Positions 1-10,570 of a DNA stretch of 64,000 nucleotides are shown piece by piece. Made by a program: the position numbers and the translations under genes. The DNA comes from Diplonema japonicum. Taxonomy: Eukaryota; Protista; Euglenozoa: Diplonemea. Numbering within the stretch: the first letter of the stretch is position 1; each line of letters opens with the position of its first letter. The notes under the pieces are model-generated. The model searched no databases, was not told the DNA's origin, and worked only from the letters and a program-made list of their open reading frames with translations. Where the stretch lies: NCBI GenBank assembly GCA_964019335.1, contig OZ025688.1, positions 1 through 64,000 of the forward strand. Direction: 5' to 3'.

Positions 1-519
1 GGGTTTGCGGGTTTGCGGGTTTGCGGGTTTGCGGGTTTGCGGGTTTGCGGGTTTGCGGGTTTGCGGGTTTGCGGGTTTGCGGGTTTGCGGGTTTGCGGGT
101 TTGCGGGTTTGCGGGTTTGCGGGTTTGCGGGTTTGCGGGTTTGCGGGTTTGCGGGTTTGCGGGTTTGCGGGTTTGCGGGTTTGCGGGTTTTGCGGGTTTT
201 GCGGGTTTTGCGGGTTTTGCGGGTTTTGCGGGTTTTGCGGGTTTTGCGGGTTTTGCGGGGTTTGCGGGGTTTGCGGGGTTTGCGGGGTTTGCGGGGTTTG
301 CGGGGTTTGCGGGGTTTGCGGGGTTTGCGGGGTTTGCGGGGTTTGCGGGGTTTGCGGGGTTTGCGGGGTTTGCGGGGTTTGCGGGGTTTGCGGGGTTTGC
401 GGGGTTTGCGGGGTTTGCGGGGTTTGCGGGGTTTGCGGGGTTTGCGGGGTTTGCGGGGTTTGCGGGGTTTGCGGGGTTTGCGGGGTTTGCGGGGTTTGCG
501 GGGTTTGCGGGGTTTGCGG
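1..519 (+). repeat. Telomere-like tandem repeat in three blocks: (GGGTTTGC)x23, (GGGTTTTGC)x8, (GGGGTTTGC)x29
   Basis: Read directly: 1-184 8-mer, 185-256 9-mer with T4, 257-517 9-mer with G4, then a partial GG before unique sequence. Array runs off the window start. Confidence 0.97.
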
Positions 520-3500
520 ATACCAATCTGGCCAGCCATAGCCACCTCCAGTGGAACACCCAGCGACCCGGCCTTCGCAAGAAGCATCTCCTCAGTCCTC
601 TCCCTTCCAGGGTCCGTTCCTTCTTCAAGGATGATCTCCACCCGGCCCTAGAACTGGATGATGAACTTGAGCAGTCGGTCCCCCGGCCTCGCCCTCAGTG
701 GCACCATCGCTCTCGGAATTGGGATGCCCATCACCACATCAATCGGGTCAAGCTGAACGAAGTCTCCCCCTACTTCCACCTGCTGTTCCCTTTCCGGTGC
801 CCCGACTCCCATCAGCTGATCTCCCTCCGGCGTCTGGATCCCACCCCTAGGTGTGTCAGGCCCCGACTGGCTGCCTCCGTCGGTGCGTTCCCGCCCTCTT
901 TGGTCCCTTCGGGGGCGTCATCCGCCTGCGGCTTCAGAGTCCTCCCACCGCCCTGTCTCTTCGCAGCTTGTTCCCTACAGAATTCGCTCACGGTCATCTT
1001 CCTCGTAGCAGTTGTCGCACTCTGGTCCCCCTTGTTCGAGTCCCTCTGGGCCTCCGTATCCCCCTTAGGACACTGGTCCAAGGTCTGGTTCACCGCAGCG
1101 TCAGTCGCCCCTTGTCTCTTCCCATCTTCCTGGGCCTTCGGGTCAAGCTCCCCTCCCTGCCCAGCCCTCTCGCTGGATCCTGTTCCGGCCATCTCCGCCT
1201 CCCTGTCCCTTCACTTCCCTCTCGGACGACTCCTCAGCTTCGGTGGTTTTTTCATTGCCGAAGGAGTCCTCTGTGAGGTCAGTGTTGGATTCAGTGTTGG
1301 GTTCGTTGTTCGCTTCCTCGTTGTCCTTTTTTTCCTCTTCGCCGTCCGGTACCGGGGGCCCTGGATCTAACTGTACAGGCCCTTTGACTAACAGCGCCCC
1401 TGCTATCGATCTCATCATGGCCGTTGACACCTCTTGGACCACACGCCTGTGTATCGAGACTCTGTCCCCGTGAGCCCACGCAGCTATGCTCCTGGACAGT
1501 TTCTTCGTGAGGTAGACTGCTGCCTCCCCGAACCCCCCAAAGGTCTCCATCGCGAAAGGTACAAAGGCCACGCGTGTCTTGGCGAGCTCCGCCTCATACT
1601 TCTGGCGCTTGTAGTGTTCCGCCTTCGCCGCTGCGTACCCCGCAGTCTTCGCCGCCTGGTTGACACAAGACTCGTTCCTCGGGTGCACGATGACCACGTC
1701 CATAGCCATTGGGCGGGAACCCCCCACCCCACCTGGGAAGAACACGTCCGCCGGGCGCTGGGACGACCCCGGGATCAGCCCCGTCTTCTCCATCGTTGCG
1801 CTCACCCCGGCCCACTGACAGTGTCTGTGGATGGTCTCCTTCACCCGGTCGTGCCTCGCAATCCTGGCGTTGCCGCATCCCTGGGCATGGTCACCCCATA
1901 CGTCCATCCCCTCAGTCTTGCACCTCGGGTCGTGGCAGCTCTCACCCTGCTTGTAGACCGGAGCCCCCAACCACCACTTGATCAGAGCCCCAAACTCGTT
2001 GTCCGACAGCTGGTTGTAGAAGTCAGGCGTCGCCGTCAACCACGCCCCCGCATAGTGCATTGACTCCGACATCAACCTCGCTCTCGAGCGTGCATCTGCT
2101 TTCGCCAAGAGGCCCTCCAGCGCCTTCTCATCAAGCACCCTAGAGAGCCACCTCTGGCTGCAGATGTGGGGGGCCTTGGCCACCATGTCGGGTGTAATCT
2201 GCATGCCGCCCTTCGTCCTGTTGAACCACTCGAGCCAGCTCCCCCATACACCCCCTTCCAGCCCATGTTCGTATTTGGGATCCAGCTCCTTGCACAGCTT
2301 CATCGTCGACGCCCTCGAAGCCATGTTGGCCGCGCGCAGGTGCTCCTGGCAGCTCCTCATCCCAAGCCCACCGACTTTTACGGACAGTTTCGCCTGCTGC
2401 CATTCTTTCGACCCGCTCTCGAACTGCATGCCGCACACCTTCGACATCGTCTTCCGCACCATCTCGTCGAACCTGTGCATGACCCCTCCCACATGCGAGT
2501 CTGGGACCACTCTCATGTAAAACACCAGTTTGCTGTATGAGCTGCAATACCGGAGGTAGAACTGGAGGATGTCCAGGTTGCAGTCTTCACTTATCTCGTT
2601 CACCAGGGGTTGGATGGCCAGAGAGAACAGCAGTGGTCCCATCGGGTCCCCCTGTTGCACCCCTTCCTGGGACTTAATCACCTTTCCGTTGTAGTATAAT
2701 TGGGAGGGCACCCTGTAGCACCAATCGGCCCACGCATACAGCCCCGACGCTTGCTCATAGGCCTGTGAGCACAGCTGCCTCCGACAAACACTGTTGAAGG
2801 CGTTGGCGTAGTCGATCTTGAGGATCACCTTGTTTTCCTGCTTGTTGCCCCGTTCCCTGTCCACATACTGCCTGATGGTGTGTATAGCCGCCTCCATTCC
2901 AGCAGGGACCGATACCCCCACCTGGCCGCCTTTCTTCAGGTACGAAGAGGCCACTTCCGGAGCGATCTTCTTCACAAGGGATTTCCCCACCAGCCGACGC
3001 AGCACATCCCCAACGGCTATGGGCCGCACGTCCCTGTCGTTCTTCTTGAGGGCCACAAGGTTCGCCCCTGCCATCAGCGGAGCCACCTCCCTAGGGGCCG
3101 TGCCTCTAGCTAATGCGTTGACTGCCCTCGTCACCGACATCAAACAGCCTTGAGACTCAAAAGCTCCGTCCACCGCGTCCTTGATGTGCTGGGCTCTCAG
3201 ACCAGTCGGTCCCGCAGCAGTCCCCCTCGGGAAGTCCCTGATTGCGTCCAGCACTTCTTCTGGCAAGACTTCTACCGCTTCCTTCGTCTTCGCCGGGTTG
3301 TCCCATTGGGGGTGTAGTGGCTCTGGATGTTTGCTCTGCAGCGCTCTCCAGCAATCCTCATTGTCTTCCGCCAGCCCCTGGGCTACAAGCGCCGCGTTTC
3401 CTGCCGAGAACCTCCCTTTGCTGCACAGTTCCGTGGCCCTGGCGACCTTAGAGACCTCGTCGTTCTTAGGTTCCCCCTTCTCACCTGATTCCAGCTTATT

Positions 3501-5830
3501 CCAGAGGGCCATGTAATTTCCCTTCTCCCACTCCTCCAATCTGGCCTGGACACTCAGCTCCGTCTCCTTGTCCCGCTTCTTCCCTCCCCTCTTCTTCCAC
3601 AGGCAGGCTTTGGGGAGCATCGCCACCAGCAGCCAAGCCTCCTCTGTGTTGTCCTTCACCGCTCGGCCCAGAGTGTGCTTAAGGGTAAGCCCCCACAGTC
3701 TTTGAAGGCTCGTCGGGATCGACCCCATGGTCGTGACGTTCATGGCGGCTATGGCTTCCAGGCTGGGTAACTCGGTCCTCGTCGGGGCCGGCGGGGGGGT
3801 CGTGTATTCCCCTTCCCTTCGCACCGCCTTTTTGCACTCGTCGTGGCACCCCTGACCCTTCCACACACAGCCCCTGCACACCAGGCACCTCTCGAGGTCC
3901 AGTCTCCTCAGAACGCTCTCCGGGATCTCATCACTCTCCAGGTGCCCATCCAGGTGACACTTCCATACCCTTGTCGAGTTGAACGGGGTCGTGCTTTTGC
4001 ACTTCGACCTAGCGCAGTTCGCCACCGGACAGTACAGGAATTGCTGGTTCCTTGCCCCCATCTGGTCCAACACCCCTGCCTTCCCATATCCAGGGATCGC
4101 ACGGTCTATTATGTCCCACTCCCCGATGTCCTCACCCGGGGCCTCGGAGGGTTGCTTACCTGCCTTTTGTAGAGCTACCGATTGGGACTCATCAAGGAGC
4201 ATCATCATCGACTCCTCCTCTCCGACTGCATACTCGTAGTGGTTGCCGTTGTACGCCAGCACCACCACCTTCTCGTGGTCGGAGTTGTACTCCCCTATCA
4301 TCAGGACTGGGTTGTTCCCCAGCAACCACGAGTATCGTGTGGCCAAACGCTTGTGCTGCGGCTGCCAGGCACAAGTGGTCTCCCCACGTCGCCGCTGTGC
4401 CCATCCCTTCCAAGTACCGGTCCCAACCCTCACTGCAAAACGGGGCATAGTGCTCCTCCCGGTGTTTCATCCATTCTACAACCTCGCTCCTGATGTGGGT
4501 GTGGTCGCCGTAGGCTTCCCCGAGCGAACCGGCCAGGGCGTGGAACATGCAGTTCCCGTCCTTCTCCGTCGATCTCCTCGTCAGCTTGAAGCTCTTCATG
4601 ATCTCGTCCACTGACTTGCTGGCCCTAGGTTGTTTGTCAGGGTTCCACAGATTCCGCTGCCTGTGTAGTGCACAGTGCGTCTGGTTCGACGAGCATGCCA
4701 CAGCACATGTTCCACAGAGGTTCACCTTCATGTTCCTCGCCTGCTCTTGTTTCACAAAATGATGGTGGACCGCATTGAGGTGTTTAACTAGACAGCTTGC
4801 CACACTGGTGTGGAAAGAGCAGCCTTCCATCCGGCATTGATGTTTGTCTGTTCCTTCTTTTTCCCCCTCCTTCTGCACCTCCGTGTGCTCATCATCCAAA
4901 TCCATGGGGGGAGGGTCACCACCTCCTTGCAACGCGTCCCCTGCCAGCGTCAAGTCCACAAAGGGGTCCAGGTGTTCGGCCTGAAAGAGCTTATCCTCCG
5001 TCTTGGCTCGTTCCTTCGCCGCTTGCTTGGCGTCTTCCTTCTTTTTTCTGCGTCTTGAGCTTCTAGGCAGGCCCAAGTACACCGGCAGGTAGTGACCTCT
5101 CGATCCACGTCTTGTCTTCCTCAGCTTTACCGGTCCAAATCTCTGGGTTGGGTCAGCACCAGCTTTCCCCACCATCACTTCCGACATGGCCCAGAGCGAC
5201 ATCAGCCCCCCTATCCAAACTGAAGTGCTTCCCACCAGAGTGCCCCCTACTGCTAGCCAAGCGAGCTCCCCAGCGGACCATTCATCCCCTCAGGGCCCAC
5301 CTGTACCCTTGACCTGTGGGTGGTCCTCCTGTCGCTCCCCGGCCTCTTCCACAACACTGCCGCATGCAGGAAGGAGGGGGCCATCCCAATGCCTGCCCCC
5401 AGCACCTGCCTCACCCCGAGAGGGAGAACAGGGTGACCCAGGCCCACGCCCCCAGGTGCTCCCATCTCACCCCTTCCTTGCTGTGTCCCATCCGTCTGCG
5501 GTGCCTCCTTGTGCCGGTTGCAGCCCCAGGTGCCGGGATTCTGGGTGCCAGGGGTTGGGCTCCAGGCGTTCCCACCTCAGTCTGCTTCAGCCCCATTGCA
5601 GGGTCATCTGGCTTCTGTTCCAGGGCAGCCTCGTGTTCCTCTCTGCGGGCCCTCCTCCTCCCTTCTTTCCTCGCACGATGGTGCCTTTTCTTCTCCTGTC
5701 TGGCAGCCTCCCTCACCCCCTCCCTCACCTTGGTCCTCTTCCCCCAACGCCTGAAGGGCCGTTTCGCTCCTGTGCCTCCTCCTGTTCTTCTTCCACTTGG
5801 GTGCTGGCTTAGGTTCCCTGCCACCCATGG
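520..5830 (-). mobile_element. CRE-clade (RLE-type) non-LTR retrotransposon, defective copy
   Basis: RT motifs RPIAVGDVLRRLVGK, KIDYANAFNSV, GVQQGDPMGPLLFSL; GGLG; CCHC finger (CHDPRC..DH..GC); RLE motifs RHD, RPADV, DVVIVHP, KRQKY, FVPFAMETFGGFG; N-terminal zinc fingers. The 5' boundary is approximate (decayed frames 5253-5833). Confidence 0.88.
1143..5235 (-). pseudogene. Retrotransposon polyprotein ZnF-OTU-ZnF-RT-RLE, split by a frameshift near 4317-4320 and lacking the RT YLDD motif
   Basis: ORF 4192..5235 carries C2H2 and the OTU N-half (KDGNCMFHAL..WGDHLCL). ORF 1143..4448 carries the OTU His motif (LAYNGNHYE), RT and RLE. FYL is joined directly to RYCS at 2552/2553. Confidence 0.85.
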
Positions 5831-5925
5831 CAATCCAGGGGGCTCTTTTCTGTGGTGCTCTCACGTCGCTCACAGCCTCCCCAACCACACCTTGGTGGGT
5901 GGTGGGGGTGGGTGCTGGGTCCACT

Positions 5926-5969
5926 GTGCACCACAGCTGGGTTGTAGCTTCTTCTGCATTCTGCATGTG
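5926..5969 (-). repeat. Dispersed repeat family, copy A (partial, inverted)
   Basis: Reverse complement CAGAATGCAGAAGAAGCTACAACCCAGCTGTGGTGCAC matches the copies at 7813, 9742 and 12396. Confidence 0.85.
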
Positions 5970-5979
5970 GAATTTTTTG

Positions 5980-6700
5980 TATTGTAGTTGTATCGTTCAA
6001 AAGCTGGTCCATTCTGGCAGAGAGCTCAGTGTTGTTGGAGTTGGTGTCGGTTTCAGAGTTGGAGTCAAGGTCAGTGACACCTGACACAGACCATGTCTTG
6101 TTGTCCCAGATGGATGTCTTGGGTGTTGTAGAACATTCCTTGGCAGGTGCTTCCAACATGACTAGTGCATTTCCGGACAAGGTGTGTGTTGCCTTAGGTT
6201 GTAAGGCTTCAGCCTTCAGAACTTTGATGGTGTCTTGTAGCTCTGTGATTCATGCTTTTGCAAGACCAAGTTTTGCCATGGTATCACAAAGCTGGTATGG
6301 GTTGTGGTTTATCGTCTTTATGGCCTCAAGACGATAAACCTGTTCATCTTCCACATTTGGGGGGAAGTGGTGCAGGTACCCAGGATCCTGTGCATACTCA
6401 CACAAAACAGCAACACCTGGCAAGATGCCAACAATCTTCCCATCCCAGACAGAAACCATGTCGTCCTGTGTTGGTTTCTTGTGTTGCTCCCCTCCAGTGC
6501 CCCAGAAGTGGGCTCTGAAGGTTGTGCCTTCTCCTTTCCCTGTCATGAAATGCAACATTTCATCATGGCTGAGGCCATTCTTGTTGCCAGTCTGGGTAAG
6601 GTCTTGTGTTTTCACATATTTCTGTGAGAACACAGTTGATGCCTTTTGCGTTGAGATGCGTCCATCAATGCTGCCACTGCTGCTGCTTGTACTTGAACTT
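5980..6700 (-). pseudogene. Decayed coding-like sequence of unknown family
   Basis: Consecutive minus-strand ORF fragments 6250..6633 and 5809..6180 with protein-like composition, CpG-poor; no recognisable domain. Confidence 0.3.
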
Positions 6701-6717
6701 TCTCTTTTGCACTTCTT

Positions 6718-6748
<31 letters not shown>

Positions 6749-7812
6749 CAAATGTTTAAACTTTTCTCTTCATTTTTGTATTGATTTCCTCCTCTTCTTC
6801 CTCCTCCTCTAGTTCAGATTTACCTGAACATAGCCCATGCCATGCCATGTTGAGTCATGTTTCTGGTGCTTATCCTCTGCACCCTCTGCACCCCTTTCAC
6901 CTTCTTCACTACTTGGCACAGCTTCGGTGTCGGGAACAAAGAACAGAAGCAGAACAAGTACCACAATCATTTTATCTGTTAATTGTAAAAAATAATACAA
7001 AGAAAATGATAAACAAAGGCTAAATACTGTATAAATACACATTGACTCTGACAGCAATGCAACACAATGTGAAGCAACATGATGTGTTTTCTGTTCACAT
7101 TTCATACACTTGACACAAAAAATGTGTTGAAGTAACACACCAAAGTGTTGTTTTATATTGTACCATACAGTGTATAAAATATCCCAGAAGGGCTGCCCTT
7201 TCATAACTGGAAGTTAGATTTTTTCTTACATCATGTAGAACATCATGTATGCAAAATATGGTGTAAAATATGTCACAACACACCACATGGTGTGGTCGAA
7301 AATTTGCAGTGTTGGGGTGGTTTGTGGGCCAGACCCCTCAGACCACCAGTCTGGCCCACTACAAAGCGTCCGTTAAAGAAAAGCAAGCCAGGATAGACTT
7401 GTGTACCCTTTTTTCGCTCCTCTTCACTTTCACCCACCTGGGCCCCACCCACCCCTGCCCCTACCCGAGGCCAGGGAGGGAGAAAAAGACACACATGTCA
7501 CACTTCCATCCCTCACCCACACCTTCACTTTGATCAGGTCCTTGACCTTTCCCACTGGGGCCCTTATCCTTGTGTCACACCTCTCCAAGAACTCACGTAG
7601 TGTCACCCTGGTAGTGCTGGCTCCCACCACAATGCCCACTACCCCTTCCTTCCCTGGTGTTGGGTGGTGTCTGCACCCCTGGGTCTGCAACTTGACCACC
7701 CTCCATGCCATTTCCAGAGTCCCCTAATGCAGATGCTCAGGGTGATGAATTGGCAGCAAACTGCATGAGCACAGAATCTTGGTTACCCCGGGTTGCTATG
7801 GCTGGGGTTAAG

Positions 7813-7899
7813 CTGCACACTGCACACATTAAGAACACAACACAGAACACAGAAGAAGCTACAACTCAGCTGCAGTGCCCCCCTGTATCAAGTTAACAG
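7813..7899 (+). repeat. Dispersed repeat family, copy B
   Basis: CATTAAGAACACAACACAGAACACAGAAGAAGCTACAACTCAGCTGCAGTGCCCCCCTGTATCAAGT aligns to 12396-12489. Confidence 0.9.
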
Positions 7900-8087
7900 C
7901 ACCTTGATTCCTTGAAGAAAAAAAAATTCAATTAGGTTACCACAGTTGGGTGACCTATTCCTAGGAGGCTCAATATCACCCTCCAAAAAAAAAGAAGAAA
8001 AAAAGAGAAAAAAAACATGAACAGAAAACAAAAAGAAAGGAAATAGTGTGAGAATTGAGATAATTAATGGGATGAACAGGACAAATG

Positions 8088-8297
8088 AGAAAAGGGAAAA
8101 GAAAAAAAGAGAACAAGTATAAGAATATAAATATGGATAAGAAGAGCACCATGAAGAGAAGAAAGAGGAAGAAAAAAAAGTTTGTGAGCACCTTATCTAA
8201 TCCCATTTACCCAAACAACCCAACTCATTTACCCCCAGAAAGAAGAAAAGGAAAAAGAGAGAACAAGTGTGAAATAAGAAGAGCACCATGAAGAGAA
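8088..8297 (+). repeat. Imperfect direct duplication of an A/G-rich unit of about 60-70 bp
   Basis: GAGAACAAGT...ATAAGAAGAGCACCATGAAGAGAA occurs at about 8109-8160 and 8258-8297. Confidence 0.7.
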
Positions 8298-8332
8298 AAA
8301 ATAAAAATACTTTCTAGCTCCTGCATGTGTTG

Positions 8333-8369
8333 AGCTGCACACAGCACACATTAAGGACATGACATGGAA
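8333..8369 (+). repeat. Dispersed repeat family, copy C (5' half)
   Basis: AGCTGCACACAGCACACATTAAGGACA matches the 5' part of copies B and E. Confidence 0.7.
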
Positions 8370-9251
8370 TATTGTGCTGTCAGTGTTGTGGTGATATAGT
8401 CACCACTTTCAACCTTGATGATGCAATGAAAAAAAAAGGGGGGGGAAACTAGTTTGACACTCCATTGTGTCCGGTCCTGCCAAGTTCCAGTTCTGCTAGT
8501 TCTGCCATTCCACCAAGTTCCGACTTTTCAGGTGGAAGGGAATGGAACAACCCACCCCTGGTGGCACCTCCTGTAAGTAAGCTTTGGCTGAAACTAATGT
8601 GAGCTATGGTAAACAAAAACAAAAAATACACAAGGGTGAGAGGGTAGGTTTTAAATGATGAGAAGAGTTAACAGAAGGAAGCCAAAGAGAGCAGTAGCAA
8701 AAAAGTGAACTGACAAGGGGGGAAAGGGAGGAGAAGCAGACAAAAGGGAAAAGAAACTGCAAGAGTGACATGGGCAATCCCAAAGTATGGAATAACCCTA
8801 CACTGCAGATCCAAGCTTGAGTACCACCCAACATCAACACTTAGGCACTGCCAAGGCAGTTGCTCACTCCTTTAATTGGAACCCCTCACAAGTGTAAAAA
8901 AAAAAATCTCCCTCCCACCTACCTCCCTCTATCATTTGCATTTATCAGTGTTTTATGAGGAAAGCAGAAACAACAGCTTGGCTTAGGTGTGTGAAAAAAT
9001 GTGAGAAGACAAGAAAAAAAGAAGGAAAAAAAAAAAAAAAGGGTAAACACATCATGTATGTCAAAAAAAATCAAGGATTTTTTTCTCTTTTTTTTCCCCA
9101 TTTTCCAAAAGGAAAAAAAAAAAAAAGTTGCAAAACTATCAAAAATAATGACAGTGTTGGGAGAGTCCCGTGAGTCCTGTTGAGTCCCATCCCGTGGAGT
9201 CCTGTGAGTCCCATCCAGGCCCGTATTCCGTTTTAGGGGACTGACCAACAC

Positions 9252-9598
9252 TGCCCTGAGGCCAAATTTCCCTTTGGAAAAATCCCAAAAAATGGCAAAG
9301 TCAGCCTTGGTAAGGGCACTGCTGGGAAAAAAAAAATTTTTTTTTGCAAAAAAATAAAAAAAAAAGTCCATTTTGAGGGTGCCTGAGTGCCAGGTGACCC
9401 CAAAAAAAAATTTTTTTTTCAGCCCCCAAGGCCAAATTTCTCAATGGAAAAATCCCAAAAAATGGCAATATCAGCCTTGGTAAGGGCACTGCTGGGGGGA
9501 ATTTTTTTTTTTTGCAAAAAAATAAAAAAAAAGTCCATTTTGAGGGTGCCTGAGTGCCATGTGACCCCAGAAAAAAAATTTTTTTTTCACCACCAAGG
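9252..9598 (+). repeat. 170-bp tandem repeat, two units, rich in A/T tracts
   Basis: GCCAAATTTC at 9261 and 9431 (offset 170); shared TCAGCCTTGGTAAGGGCACTGCTGGG and GTCCATTTTGAGGGTGCCTGAGTGCCA. Confidence 0.92.
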
Positions 9599-9728
9599 CT
9601 GTTCCCTCTGTTCCCCTGTTCCCTTGGTTCCCCTGTTCCCTTTCGTTCCCCTGTTCCCCCAAATTCCCTTGAGGGAATCGTTCCCTTCCCTCTGTTCCCC
9701 TGGATTCCCTCAAATTCCCTCAAGGGAA
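9599..9728 (+). repeat. GTTCCC-based minisatellite with two TTCCCTnnAGGGAA palindromes
   Basis: About 10 degenerate (T)GTTCCC units; TTCCCTTGAGGGAA at about 9664 and TTCCCTCAAGGGAA at about 9715. Confidence 0.8.
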
Positions 9729-9741
9729 TGACCCAACACTG

Positions 9742-9812
9742 GAAGCTACAACCCAGCTGCAGTGCCCCCTGTAATCAAGTAAACAGTTCTTGTGCAGGGT
9801 GCCACCAACACC
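9742..9812 (+). repeat. Dispersed repeat family, copy D (3' half)
   Basis: GAAGCTACAACCCAGCTGCAGTGCCCCCTGTAATCAAGT...TCTTGTGCAGGGTGCCACCA. Confidence 0.88.
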
Positions 9813-10419
9813 TTAGCCTCTTTTAACTCATATATATATCATTCAGGCTAATATACTATAAAACAGTAGTGACAACAGAAAGTAAAGAAGAAGACATCAG
9901 TACCTCCCCCCCCCTTCCTCCTCCTCCCTTCTGCTGTTCTACTTTGGGTGGATCAAGCATCTGAAGGAACAACAGATTTTTCTGGTGACCCTTACTCTTC
10001 AGTGTACTAGTTTCTTTTCATTATTCTGTGTTGGTCACCGATCACACCACACCGGTTGAGGAAGATGCAGTACAACTTGCTGGAAATGGTGGCAAAACGA
10101 GACTGGCTTCTCCAGGACAAGAGAATGCTAGAAACGTACACAACGCACCCCTGGAACAGATAACAGAAGGAAACGCTCATGCACACCACCTGAGTGGTAG
10201 GAGCTGAAGAAGCACGTGAGCAGGAGCCTGATGATGAAACACGGAGAAGACATTATCAAGTAGCTCAGGAATCTGAAGTAGTACAACAGACCGAGGAAGA
10301 TGAGTCACCACAATGGAACTCGTACTAGACTTCGAGAACAGGGAAAGGGGTAGATAAGTAGAGATAAGTAGACAAGGGCGTCCATTGGGAGCGTTGAGCG
10401 AACCCCGTCCAACCACAGC

Positions 10420-10570
10420 ACACCCCCCAACAACGTGCTCCCTGGACATCTGTGCTCCACACGCTGGACAGCTGAGCTCAGCCTTCTTCCTGTTCGGTCC
10501 AGCCGCCTGCAGGAAGCCAAAGAAGAGAGTGGAGTGCCCTACCCTCAACCGCGAGATGACCGTCTCCGTT
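10420..10570 (-). mobile_element. Relic C-terminus of an I-group/ingi-like LINE ORF2
   Basis: ETVISRLRVGHS followed by CPACGAQMSREHVVGGC is the RLRxGH + CX2CX7HX4C finger typical of I/ingi/R1/Tad elements. An in-frame TGA lies immediately upstream. Confidence 0.65.

Noticed and set aside
5-1370. Plus-strand ORFs 5..541, 13..651 and 21..1370
   Set aside because: Translations of the tandem repeat and antisense of the retroelement.
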